In this document: piece by piece, positions 11,619 to 25,474 of the stretch
Numbering within the stretch: position 1 is the stretch's first letter
How the letters are laid out: each line of letters opens with the position of its first letter
Assembly (NCBI GenBank): GCA_040357565.1
Contig: JBDODJ010000014.1
Source: Cercozoa sp. M6MM
Lineage: Eukaryota; Protista; Endomyxa: Ascetosporea
DNA length: 64,000 nt
Direction: 5' to 3' (one strand)
The notes under the pieces: model-generated
Told to the model about the DNA's origin: nothing
The model's database searches: none
The model's input: only the letters and a program-made list of their open reading frames with translations
Made by a program: the position numbers and the translations under genes

Positions 11619-14600
11619 ATGTCGGGCATTGTGACTTTTGCCACCGATGTCGTTCTCTGGTGCCGCTTTACTCGGCATATATGGATTTTCTTGCGTGTGT
11701 CTTGATGTCGAATACTGTACAGGCCTACTGTGATGGGTGCGGCCATCGCGCGGCCTTCTCTTTCTTCAGTGGGTTGTCCATACCCCCCCCCCAGCCTCTT
11801 ATGTATGTGTGGTATAGGCGCTGTACATGGCCATAACGGTGCTGTACTTTGCGTTCGGACGGCAACGAGGCGAGCCGAACTTTGTGGTGGTAGTGTCACC
11901 CTTTCTATGTCTCTGTATGGTGCATGTGTCATGTGTCGGTGCCTGCAGTACAAGCGACGAGCCACGGAACCGGTGCCGACCTGGACTTGGGCACTCCTGT
12001 TGCTGGTCGCTTTGGGCACCTGCACGGCCCATGCCGTTCTGCAGACGCTCTACGCACTCGACGAAATGGGTAGACTCCTATCCCCCGTTATCACTCCCTG
12101 CATTGCCCTATTACCCTCGCTGCAGACGGTCCCAAGTCGAAAGATGACGTCCTATGGCAGCTTGGATACCTCCGCGTGGACGAGAGCAACTGGGCGGTAC
12201 TACCTTCTCTGTGCAGTACCTGTGGAGACACGTGTCTGTGTGGCTGGTGAACAAGCTTGTTTGGGCAGAGAGTGCTCGTGCCGGACGTGGCCGTGGCCGT
12301 GGCGACGCTGCTGTTTTTCGCGCTGCAGCGCCGCTTCGTGCCGCGGCAGTACGACCGACTGTCTGGCGTGGACCAGCAGCCGCTCATGGGTACATGTGCC
12401 GTCTCTCTCTCAGTGTGCACGTGCCAGTGGGACACGTGCCAGTGGGACACGTGCTCATGTGGTACCTTGTAACTGAGGCAGGCAACGTGGCCGACCTCAA
12501 GCCGTGGCAAACCGATCTGTCGCGCTGGCGTCCGTCGCCATCCTTTTTGATCTCGGTACACATGACCACAGGTTTCAGAGTGATCGATCAGTCAATCGAC
12601 CGGTTAGTCAGTGATCGATCAAAGTGACCACACTCTAAACTGGACAGGTGATGGCGCTGTTCTTTGCGGCTGCCGTGCTGTCGCCGCACGTGCTGTCGCT
12701 GCCCTTCTTTGCCGTCGTGTGGCCGCTGCTGATCCTGCGTAAGTTGCCACGTGTGTGCTGGGTGGCTGACTGACCACGTGGGTGGCTGACCACCTAGGTA
12801 CCTGAGTGACTGACCACGTGCGCAGGCGCCGCGTGGCCCGACCTGCTGACGCGCGTGTCGACGCGCCGCGCGCAGTTCGCATTCGCCGGTGCTTTCGCCG
12901 TCTTCATCGTCGCGCACATGTATCCTCTGCCACGTGCTCACTCATTGATCATAGACTGGTCACTGAGTGGTCACTGCGATCATGAGTGACCACTCTGCTC
13001 TGTGTATGTTGTTGGTGTTGGTGTTGGCAGAGTCTTCTGGATGCTGACGCAGTTTCCCTTCTTCAACCAGGGCGTAGGCTTTGCCCCCTCCCCATTTACC
13101 CTCTCCCCCGTTACCTTGTTGCCCCCCGTTGACTCCCGTTACCCCCTTTGACCTGGGCAGTTGTCGGGCCGGCAGGTGCGACTGCTGGGCGTGGTGATGC
13201 TCTTCGACGACGACGCCGATCGCAACGGCGTAACCGTCACTCTCATTGCGACAGAACTCACTCCCTTAACCGCCACTCAGTTCGGTGAGACCACGTGTCT
13301 CTGTGTGTGCAGGAACCGTCGCGCACGGTGCCACTGGTGGCGCAGATCTGCGTCGAGGTTCTGCTGCTCGCCGTGCTGCTGCAGTGGCGGTATCTACCCC
13401 CTCGCACGTGCCAACTAAGAGTGTGTGACATGTGCCCACTGAGAACACGTGGCAAGTGGGACACGTGCCAAGTGGGACACGGGCTAAGTGGGACACGTGC
13501 CAACTGAGAATGTACATGCGGATGTGCATGGTATAGGTATCACATGCGACCGCCGCGTCGCCGTCTGTTCGGACAGGTGTGCGACGAGGACGTGCCGACC
13601 GATATTGTACTGTCCCGCTTAATTAAGTCTGCGTGGTCTCCCCTTTAACTAAGTCCAATGTGGACGGTACAGGTGGACCGCGAGGAGACGCTGCAGTCGC
13701 AGGTGCGCACTTTCGTCAAGAACACGCTCATCGAGCCTGGTAGGAGTTTTACCCCCCCCCACACACACACACACACACACACTTCTGTAATACCCCCCTC
13801 TTACCCCCTCTTACCCCCTCAGTAACATCGCTGGTGCGTGAGTACGGGTTTCGTGCCATCCAAGTCGCGCTGTTCGTGGTAACGTTTACCCCCCCCCAAC
13901 TCCCATCTTACCCGTCTTACCCCCACCCATCTTACCCTCTGACCCCCCATACAGGTGTGCTTCGCGACTGACAGCGGACTCAGTCTCGGTCTCGTGCTGC
14001 TCTTGGTACTGTGAAACTTCATTTTACCCCTTTTACCCCCCTTTTACCCCTTTTACCCGCCTACTCTCGTGTTTGTGTTGGGCAGTTCGTGTCGATGTAC
14101 CTGACGCAGAAGCAGTTCCGAAAGATCGTGCCGTTGCTGGTGCGTACACAATGTGTTTAAGGGGGTGCAACGAGGGTGGCTACAGGACATGGGTAGTTAA
14201 GGGAGCTGTCAGTAGTTAAGGGGGTTGTGTTTGTAGTTCATGTACGGTGCCGCCGTGGCTCTGGCGACGTTTCTGTTCGAGATGCCCGAGGTACTGTGAC
14301 ACAGACACGTGTGACCACCCACTGCTGAGGGACCACGTGACCACTGTGACCACTGTGAGTGACCACTGTGAGTGACCACGTGCTTGTGTGTACACAGGTG
14401 ATCATTGGCGAGGCCGACAAGGACACGAAAAAGTACGAACTGCTCGAGAAACTCGGTCTGGAGCAGCGGTAGCGTTTATACCCCCCTGTTTACCCCCCCC
14501 CCCCNNNNNNNNNNNNNNNNNNNNNNNNNNNNNNNNNNNNNNNNNNNNNNNNNNNNNNNNNNNNNNNNNNNNNNNNNNNNNNNNNNNNNNNNNNNNNNNN

Positions 14601-17600
14601 NNNNCTGTTTACTCCCTGTTTACCCTATTTTTACCCCTGTCGACCTCTTTTCCTTCCCTGTCCCCCGTTTACCCCCTTTACCCCAGACCGCTGGCGTTCC
14701 TGCACGAGTGCGTGGTGTGGCTGCCGCTGCTGATCGTGGCGCTACACCTGTCGCTGGAACGACTGCTCCGCTGGTACAATGGTCGATCACTGTGTGGTCA
14801 CTCTGACTGACTGACCCACTGAGCTGAATGATCGGTCACACGCGCGCCCGTGTGCAGGGGCGAGAGTGCCTCGGAACTCCACTTGCTCAACGAGGCTGCT
14901 CTGACGGTACTGGACGTGTTTTACCCGCTGTTTACCCCCCTGTTTACCCCCCCCCCAACAGTTGGCGCTGCTGGACGGCGACTCGCACCGCGTGGCCGTG
15001 TTTCTGCAGCGGCGCGCCGACCTGGTGAGTGCGCTGCGAGTAACGCCGTCGGGCGACACGGCACTCCACCTGGCTCTGCGACGACGTCGACGTGCCTGCG
15101 TGGACCTGCTGGTTAAGGCTGCGGAACAGTCGCCGGACATGCGACTGCTAGACCCGCGTGCCGTCAATAGCGACGGTGACACGGCCATGACACTGGCTCT
15201 GCGACTCGGCTTCCACGCCGTCGCACGCCGACTCTACCGCCTCGATCGACTGCACTACCAACGCACACCGCACGCCTGTCTCCTCTGGCAGGTACCACCA
15301 GTACCACTTTACTCGTCCGCGCGGATTAGTCACCTGTGTGTAGCCGCATGAAGTCGCCATGAAACGCGTCGACACTCTCAAAAAGTGCGGCGTCGCTTTG
15401 CAGGAGGTACACACGCCCAAAGCTGTTTCGAAAGGCATTTCTTCGCTTTGCTTTGAGCGGATTTCAAAATTCGTGCTTTGCTTTGAAGGAAATTTCGAAA
15501 TTCCTGCTTTGCTTGATTGCTTGGAGCATAATGTCGTAAATACCTTGGACAGGACCGCGTGGTGCTCGCAGTCGGCGACGCGGCGCGTCAGTTCGCACTC
15601 GACGTGCGAAAGCAGGTGCTTTCTTGTTTCTTGATTTTTAATTTTTTGGCAGTTTGGTATTTGTAGCGTCTCCGCGCGGACGACTTCTTCGTCAACACGG
15701 GCGCCGTGGACGACGAGTTTGACCTGGATTTGGACGATGTGGGCTCTGCTTACCTATTTACTCTTTTTAAGCCCCCATTGGACTGTCGTTTTGCCCACCA
15801 TTTTACCTGCTCCCTACCCTCCTGTGCCCCTTTCCTTTCCCTTACCCTTACCCTGACTTCATCCCCGCAGGGCGCATGCGTGGACATGCTGGCGGCCGGC
15901 GAGTTTTCGGAAACGCGCGGCCACACGTGGTCCGAGTCGGTGCGACACGCGGTACGCGGCGCCGTAGCGGTGGCCAAAACAGTGGTACGATCACTTGTTA
16001 AGGGGGCGTTTGTGTTAAGGCGGTATTGTTAAACGGACGCTTGATTAAGGAGGTGTCGGTTTGATTAAGGCTGCGTTATGTGTGTGTCTGAACAGGCATG
16101 GAACCACGCGCAGAAACTTGTGTTGCTGCTGCTGTTTTTTGCTGCCATGGATCGACGTGATGCCATGCATGTAGCCTCCTTTTACCCCCCCTGTTTACCC
16201 TCCTGTTTATCGTCCTGTTTACCTCTCTGTTCGCCTTCCTGTTTACTCCCCCTACCCTCCTATTTACCCCCTCCCCAGGTGGGCTACTTTGCGAGTTTCC
16301 TGCTCTTCTTTCTGATCGGTCGGCACGTGACTCTGACGCGTCGACTGTGGCCGTGTCTGCTGCTGTACTGCCAGCTAGGTACTCGGACAAGAACAAGGTT
16401 GTTGGCATGTGTGCACAAACAAGGTTGTTGGTGGGGCAGTGTGTGGCACCATGTACCTGTGGTTCGTGTGGGACCCCAACGGTCAGCGCACCGACCTGCC
16501 GCAGCGACCGCCTTCGTGGCAGCGACGTCTCGGCGTCGACTTTGGCCGCATGACGCTCGCGCAGTTCGCCGGTAGGCTTTACCCCCACCTCCCCCTTAAC
16601 CCACCCTCTCCCTTAACCCTACCCTCCCCCTTAACCCCTCGCCCCCCTTAACCCCTCGCCCCCTTAAACCCCTGGCATACAGGCCTGTCGCTGGCGGTGC
16701 TGTGCGCCGTGTTCGCGCAGATGCTGGTGTTCCGCAGTCGGCACCAGGCGGCGCTGCAGCAGCGGCTACAGCAGTCGCACCCGGTGTACGTCCAGTTGTA
16801 CGGCGTCCATTCGTACCGTCCACTCTGCCCTGCCTGTGTCCATTTGTACAGCTGTAGCCCCCCAATTCTTTACCTTTTTTACCCCCCCCCCCCGCCCGGA
16901 TAGAGACGTGCACGTATCGCTTGAGGCACTGGCTTGGCGCAAGGACCGCGCCGCTTCGGTACTGACTCTCAGTGTGTCCAGATGGACCGACTGATTGTAG
17001 CCATGTTGTACATGTGTGTGTGTGGTACAAATGGACAGGAGCGTGGTCGCAAGTTGGCCAGTGTTTTCTGGAGCTCGGTGGCCGTGCTGGCAGCGGTACT
17101 CGTTGTCTCTTCTATATTGATCGACCATGATTGATCGTATAGTCACTGATCGATCATATGGCCACTGGTCGATCGTATGGTCACTATGATCGATCATAAT
17201 TTTGATTCTGTTTAGGCTCCGAGACACGGGCTGTCGCTGCTGCTGGCCTACGCGGCGCTGTCGCTCGGCGCGACCGTTGGCGGCGTCGCCTCGCTGCTCT
17301 CGCTCGGCTACCTCGTCGTCTTCGCGGCCGCGCTGGCGTAGCCTCCTCTTCACCCCCTCTTTACCCCTCTTTGCCCCCCCCTCTTTACCCCCTCTTTACC
17401 TCCCCTTTTTACCCTCTATACCCCTCTTACCTTCCCCCTTGAGGCAGTATGCACCGTCACCGGCACGAGCGAGTGCTGCGCTTTGCGTGGCTGCTCTTCG
17501 TGTGCTACGCACTGGGTACAATCTTGCTGCCTTAAGTAACTAATTAAGGGAGTGTGTGTAGCCGTTCTGCTGCTGCGATATGCGGCGCAACACGACGCGG

Positions 17601-20600
17601 CGTTCGACTATTTTGTGCGTTCTTTCCTGTTTGGTTAAGGCTGCGTTCTGGTCTGTTTAGTTAAGGCTGCGGTCTGTCTGTGCAGGCGTCCACTTTGTCC
17701 CTTAAGGGCTACCACTGCGAGGCAGACAATCCGGACAGGTACTGCGCCTACGACGACAAGGACTGGACGCTCGAAGATCTCGGACTCGTGCGCGCCTTTC
17801 CGATGCACCACGATGCCGATGGTAGCTTTACCCCCCCATACCCCCTTGTTTACCCCCACCCCCTACTCCCAGGTGGTTGGTCGCTGTTCGAGGTGCTGGT
17901 GGTGCCGATGTTCGTGGCGGTGCTGCTGGTGATGCGTTGGCGACACATGACTCCTGACACCCCTGTGAGTGACGGTGGTGTCACTGATCCCAGTGACGGT
18001 ACGACTGATCCCAGTGACGGTACGACTGATCTCAGTGACGGTGCCAGTGACGGGACCAGTAACGCTGCCAGTGACGGTGCCAGTGACAGTGCCAGTGAGG
18101 CACGTGCACCGTCGCGCGTGAGCTACGGACAGCGCTTTCTGCGGCGCGTGCGGCGTCGCGTGGCGCGTGTGCTGCAGCTGTCGGCGACGCACGCCACGGC
18201 TCTGGCCGTCTTCGCCTTTGCCTCGGCTCGGTACGTCTGTACCTACTGAAGGGTCCATTTGTACCAGGTGGTCCACTTGTACCGTTTGCAATAATTGTTA
18301 CACAAAACAGGAGTCACCTGGAGGGTCTGCTGGAGGTGACGCTCGTCGTGGCGCTCTACCTGGGCGCCGTGTCGCGTCGCGCCTTCCTGGTACCCTCTGC
18401 ACGTGCCATGGTCACCTCGGTGGTCACCTAGGTGGTTACTTGGCTGGTCACTGGGTGGTCACTATGGCACGTGTGTAGTTGAAGTGCATGGCCTCGCTGT
18501 CGTCACTGGCACTGCTGGCGCAGTACACGCGCCAGGTGACGCCTCTGCGCGCCTTTAACAACAGGTGCCACTTCATTAAAGGGGTGTCGTTTGGTTAAGG
18601 GCGTGTTGTTGGGTTGGTTAAAGGGATGTGTATGTGGACACAGCTACCTGGACTGGTGCGGTCTGCGCGACTTTGCCTCCGAGTACTCCGCCTACGAGTC
18701 GTGGCTGCTGGTACCGCTGGGCACGTATGTGACTGGACTCTTCTGGGGGTCACTGGGTCACGTGGCTGACTGGCACGTGTTTGACTGGGTCATTGGGACA
18801 CTGGGACACGTGTGCGCAGGTCGGTACGGCGGCGGCGCTGGTGGTGACGACGGTGGCCACGGTGGCGACTCGCTGCGTCACTGCGGTCGTCGTTGATCCC
18901 AGCAGCAATCAGAGTGATCGCGCCGATCACACCGTCGGCACTGATGACACCGTCAGTGACAGTGACACCGCTAGTAGTGGTAGTGACAGCGACACCGTCA
19001 GCGACACCGTCGACAGCAAGCACGTGGCGTCGACGCACGCCTCGATCAATCGCACGCACCGGTACACTCTGTCTGGCCATCTGGACCGACCTTATGGTCC
19101 ATTTGGACCAACCCTGTGTGTACTGGAGTGACCCTGTGTAACCGTCCATCTGTACCGACCATGCCGTCCCGCTGTAGTGACCGCAAGCGACGCAGACGAG
19201 TGAGTCAATTCACGCGCTACCTGCGCTACGTAGTGCGACACGCCGCGCACTTCTTTGGTACACCGCTCACGTGCCAGACACGACCAGTGTCTCAGTTGGC
19301 ACGTGCCTCAGTTGGACATGAGTGCACTTGCTCCTGTGTGTGTGCAGGCATCGAACTGGCGCTGCTGACGGCACTGATTTGTGCTTTCTTCCGCAACAAC
19401 GCGCTGTCCTGGCTGTACTGCGAGTTTACCCCCACCCCATCCCTTTACTCCCACCCCCCTACCCCAGTTATTTCCGTTACCCCCTGTTACCCTCCCTCCA
19501 TTACCCCCTACCTACTTACTCCCCCAGTTACGTCGGTATGACTGGCGTCTTTATTCTGCGAGGACGGCGTTCGCTGCGTCAGTTGTAGGGCTGCCCCTTT
19601 AACTCTGACTGTGTTGGTCCATTTGGACGATGGACTGGACTATGGACTGGACGGTGGACTGGCTACTGTGCAGACTGCCGACCATGGTGGTGGTGACGGG
19701 ACTGTCGCTGATCGGGCAGTTCTTCGTGTCGCTGCGAGACACGCCGTTCGAGTACCCGTGGCACGCCTGGGCCTCGCCGCTGGAGCGCGAGTGGCTGCTC
19801 CTGGATGGCTACAAAACCGGTACAATCCGTCCATATACTATATATATATATTATATATGCAATAGTAAGTATAGTATGTATATAATAATATAAATGTCTG
19901 TATCGATACAGGTGACCTGTGGTGGGACTACTTTGCCTTTTTGTTCGCCATTGCTGCCACCGGCGTACCGCGGCCTCCGGTACCTTGGCCTCGTCAATTT
20001 GTACCTCGGGCATTTGTACATGTACAATTGGACAGGAGCCGCACGAGTTGTCCGAGGAGCAGAAGCGAGCGACGCAGCGGCTACTGCTCAGTTCGGTACA
20101 CACAGTTCCATCTGGACCGTGTCCCTTGTCCCGTGTCCATCTGGACCGTGTCTATTGTACCGCCCATTTGTACCGCCCATACTGAACGTATGTGTACAGA
20201 CGTCGGTGTCGCTAGTGCTGGTGTTCGTGGCGGCGCTGTGGAACGTCGACTTCCTGTCGCTGCTGTACCTGGGTCTAGGTACACCTGCCACGTGTCACGT
20301 GTCACGTCTCTGGACTGAGTGACCCAGTGACCACCTGACTGAGTGACCCAGTGACCACCTGACTGAGTGACCCTGACTGAGTATGTATGTGTGTGCACTG
20401 CAGCCATGTGGCTCCTGTTCGCCGAGTCGAGTCGCGCCAGGTGGGCCAAGGTGCACTGGTGCAACCTGCTCGTCCTCGTGCTCGGTACCTCTTGCTCCAG
20501 CGGTCACTTGACTGTGAGTGGTCAGTCTGACTGTGAGTGGTCACTCTGACTGTGAGTGGGCATTGAGAATGGGCACGTGTGTTTCTGTGTGGTCACAGCC

Positions 20601-22381
20601 ACCGTGTTCCAGTTGCCGTGGATTCCGACGCCCGACCTCGTGGACCCTGTACTCGCACACTGTTGGGGATGTAAATAAGGGGTAAAGAGGGAAGTAAAGG
20701 TATGTTGTGTCGTGTGTGCAGGACCAGGAACTGTTCCGTGGCGCCGCTTGGAGTCGGTAAGTGCAGAGCTTACTGCCCTAGTTATTCTTACCCCCCCCCC
20801 CCCTACACCATCGGTGCAGAGTGATCGGACTGAACAAGTTCTTTGTGCGTTCGCTCCCACGTGACGAGCAGACACTGCGTGTCGACCCGTTTGGTACCAC
20901 CCTGGCATGTGTCCCTGGCACCAGTGCAGAGTGGTCCTTTCCCTCTGAGAGAAACGAGCTGACTGGTGACTCACTGGGGCAGGACCACGTGGCGTGTTGC
21001 ACACGCTCGTCATCTTCGTCGTGGTCGATCTGCAGCTGCGACTGCTGCAGTCGACGTGAGTTTTTACCCCCCTCTTGACCCCCTTGACCCCCTCCCTTTG
21101 ACCCCCTCCTATCCCTCTTACTCCGACAGGAGTGCCCGACGTGCCATCCAGCAGGAGAGAGATGACATGCGGTATCGTACCCTCCCTTAACCCCCCTATC
21201 AAATGTGTGTTTGTGTGTGTGTGTGTAGCAATAGTCCCGTACGCGCGGTCATGTCGACTTTGCTGGCCAATGTACCTTGCTTCTTTTACCCCCCTGCCCC
21301 TTTGCCCTTTCCCCTTTCCTCTTTGCCGTCTACCCCGTTACTTTACCCCTTTACCCCTTACCCCGTTATTCCTTCACCCTTTATCCCTTGCCCCTTTACC
21401 TCTCTACAGCACGAGCGACGTCGACGACAGGCGGCTCAAATCTCGGCGAAACGTCGCATTTTGGCCGTATCTCTTCTGTTTTGTATTTGCTGTGTGTGTG
21501 TGTGTTTTTTTGTTTGTTTATTTTCTGTTGTTGTTGTTTTGTGTCCTTGTATTAGTTGTGTTTTTTTTTGTGTCCTTGTTTTTGTATTTTGTTGTTGTTT
21601 GTTGTTTTCTCTTCTCACCTGACCCTGCTGTAGGAACTGCGCGCACTGCTGCACACGGGCGACGGTAGTTTTCTCGTTCCCACTGGGGCACCGGTCGTGT
21701 CACCAAGCACGTGCTGACTGAGCGTGCTGACTGAGTGACTGAGCACTTGCTGGCTGAGCACATGCACTGTGTGTAACACGTGCGCAGGCGACAAGCAGGT
21801 GGTCGAGTCACTCGGCATTGCTAAACTCAAGTTCAACGACCGCGAGCTATGGCCGGTGCTGCTCTTTCCTACTGTTATTCTTGAGTCTGACTTAGAGGGC
21901 AGATCCGCGAGGAGTACGTCCGCGCGGACGAAAACGCACGGCACAAGCGAAACGCAAGCGCTGTCATTTTGCAAAGCGAGGACGACATCGCGCGTGTCGA
22001 GACGGCCGAACTCAGCGTTGGCGCTTCCAACGGCGCTGCGAGTGGTTAACCCCCCCCCCCCCTACCTTCCTCTGACCTTCCTTTGACCTTCCTCTTACCC
22101 TTACCCTCGCTTACCTCCAGAGGAGTACGAACATTGGTCGGACAAGGCGGCGCATGTCGACGTCGACGCCGACGGTCGCATTGTCGCCTGCAACGACAAG
22201 TTCGCCAGTAAGCTTATCTATCTGTCTTTATCTTATCTCTGTGTATAGTTAGTATACTACCGAACACATGGATGTCTGTGTGCTTTTTAGAGATGGTGGG
22301 AGTCACTGGCGAAGCGGTAGCATATGCTCTGCACCGTCTGTATGTGTCTGTGTGTCTGTGTGTCTGTGTGTGTGTGTGTGT

Positions 22382-22429
<48 letters not shown>

Positions 22430-24809
22430 CTGTGTGTCTGTGTGTCTGTGTTTGTGCGTGTCTGTTTGTGCGTGTGTGTGTGTGTGTGTGTATGTGCGTG
22501 TGCGTGTGTGTGTGTGTGACGAGGGGTACTGATACAGGAGGGCGGCGGTGCACGCAAGGTGCTGCTACGCAACATGCCGTTGACGGAGTTGCTGCCGCTG
22601 TTCAACGATGCGTCTGGCCCGTACCTTTTTACGCAAGGACAGGAAACTCTGGACTGACATGTCAGTTAACTGACATGTGTACGGCATTAACCACAGGTGC
22701 GAGCTCTCGAAATCCTCGGGCAGCAGCGTCAAGGTCTTCCTGCAGCTGCGGTCGCTCCAGACATCTCTCCAGGCACCTCTGCGCCGCGTCTACGTGCTGC
22801 CGCAGCGGTCACTGTTGCATCGAGTCGCAAGGTCCGCGCGGAGGTGGCTACACGCGCGACTAGTCGACTCGGTCGACTCATCACTCTTTGTGCGCACGGT
22901 AGCTCTGTTGCTGCGTGATCTTTTGGGACAAAAGATTGATGGGTTACCTATATGTGTGTTGCAGGACAATGCGGAGCTGCAGGAGATGGTTGATCTGGCT
23001 CGCTTCGCTGGTAGTCGTCTTTCCTGTCCTCGTGTGCTTGTGTGTGGTGTCGAAGCAAGGCTGGTTGGTTCAACACTCAGAGATGGCACCGATGGAACGC
23101 GATGACGAAGCTTTCGCAGCCGAGAGCATTGCTGTGCCTCTTTTGTTTCTCTATGCTGTGCTGTGTAACAAGCGGTGTGTGTGCGATGACAGGTGAGCGC
23201 CCGTCGCAACGTGCTGAGTAGTCTCACCGTCCGCGTATTGCCTCTGTGTGAATGCCAGTGTAGGGAGGGGGATGTGCACCTGTGTGTCGCAGTCCATCTG
23301 GCAGTGGCTCACTCTGTTCGGCCGAGTGCTGCGGTCGCACACGGCCACACTGTATCCATCGCTGTCTTGCATCCCCTGCTCCCAGTATGTTGGATGTGTG
23401 TGGTAGTGTGACAGTGTTCCTGTGTATGGACGTCTTGACACACCCTTCGCTTCTGTAAGAACACATCATTTTGATACCGAGAGATACGATTGGTTGCATG
23501 TGCTGCCGACTCAGTACGCTGCTACCGCTCGTTCTGATTGCGTGTGCTGTCGTCCTGCCGTGTGGCAAGGGTGCTTCCTGCATTCCTGTCGCCTTTTTGC
23601 TTCCTGCTGTGTTTAGTTTGTTCGTTTGTGTACTTGCTGTGTAGGAGTCTGGCGATCGCTGCAGCTCCTGCTGATTTTCGTGGTGCTCGTGTCGTTCCTC
23701 GTGCAGCTTACCGTTGTGTGTGAGGTGTGCCGTTTTTCCCCTGGTCCTTTCACACTAAGCTTCGCACAAAAACACCTTTTCCAGACCTCTGGCGAATCGC
23801 TCGCGCTCACGCCCCTTGCGTCGTGTCTGCCGGCCTTCAATCTCGAGGAGGTACTCTCCCTCTCGAAACACAAACTGGTGTGCTTTAGATCTCAAGTTGG
23901 CTGTCAGGCGAAGGAAATGTTTGGACTCGAGGGTGAAAAGCGCCAGCCACTCGCTTTTGTGCGACAGGTAGCTTTTGCTCAGCCTTGTTTGCTCTTTGAA
24001 ATGTGTGCATTCCTTTCAGGTTTCGTGGAACAACCGACTTGGCATTTCAAAGGCTCCGCGCGGACAGGCCTTTTGGTTTTATTGCTCTGTTTCTTCAGTT
24101 TTGTGTTCTCTCTTGAACAACCGTATGATGACAGGTATTTCTGCGCATGGAAGCTTCTAGCGCTACTGGCGCTGTCCTGGCACCAGCAGGTTTGATTTTT
24201 CTATAATGGTGCCAGTTTGGGCTTTTGTGGTACTGACTTGGGTTTGTTCGCACAGTCGCTGAAGCGCAAGGGCAAATGGGACGCCGAATCTCTCGTTCGT
24301 TTTAGCTTGTTTTGGTCGTTTAAAGTAGTTTTTTGTGCGATTTTTGGCTTTGCTGGCAGCATGACGACTACGCCACAGTGCACTTCTGGTACAGTTTGCT
24401 GCATGTGCGTTTTTCTTTTCTACTGACTGTGCTATACGTTTTTGCTTGCAGGCACAGCACGAAGGAGAAGGAAAGCGAGCGGCGACGCCGAAACGCGGCG
24501 GAACGACTGCAGTTGCGAGAGGTGCTTCTTTCATCTTGTTTCGTCATGTTTTTTGACAGTATTTGGTGTTGTGTCAGAACTTTTTGGCGGCCACGCAGCG
24601 CCGACAGCGTCAACAGGATGCTCGTGTACCCTTCCTATTCTTGAGGACATAGTTGTCCAAACGGACCGTGTATGGACCTGGACCCTTAAATGAACCGTCG
24701 CATTTCGGCAGATGACGGATGCCGAGCGTGCCGAGGCCTTGGCCTTGCTTCGGGCCGATGATGCCGATCTGCGCAAGTACACTTGACTCTGTGTCCTGTG
24801 TGTACTGTC

Positions 24810-24858
<49 letters not shown>

Positions 24859-24868
24859 NNNNNNNNNN

Positions 24869-24929
<61 letters not shown>

Positions 24930-25261
24930 GTATATGTGTGTATTCTCAGAGAGTCGAAACGCAGCTTGTGGCGACGCCTGTTTCCAAGACAGCTGCGCGA
25001 GAACTTCTTCGCTATTGTTGCTTGCTTTTACCCCTCTTTTGTACCATCTTACTCCCCCGTGTCTGTGCAGTCACCGACCGACTTTGACGGCCGCGTGTTG
25101 TTCGACGTCAAGCCCGGTCGTGATTGGTGCGCTTCCGCGCGGATACAGTCTTGTGTGTGTGTGTGTGTGTGTCTGTGTCTGTGTCTGTGTCTGTGTCTGT
25201 GTCTGTGTCTGTGTNNNNNNNNNNTGTGTCTGTGTCTGTGTCTGTGTCTGTGTCTGTGTCT

Positions 25262-25293
<32 letters not shown>

Positions 25294-25405
25294 TTGATGG
25301 GTTCGCTGTAGGTACACGGCCTTGTTTCTGATCGAGCTGTGCGCCGCCATCGTGATCCTGTACAGCTTACCCCTCCCACCTTATGTGTATGTAGATGAAT
25401 GTATG

Positions 25406-25474
<69 letters not shown>

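Noticed and set aside
14858-15291. Ankyrin exon as an independent nested gene
   Set aside because: No ATG of its own (the ORF-track start is TTG at an acceptor), and it splices in frame on both sides to Piezo exons.
22268-25379. ORFs rich in CVCV/THTH/TQTQ
   Set aside because: Translations of intronic (GT)n/(CA)n microsatellites; the same applies at ~3030-3670, ~35345-36045 and ~63478-63901.
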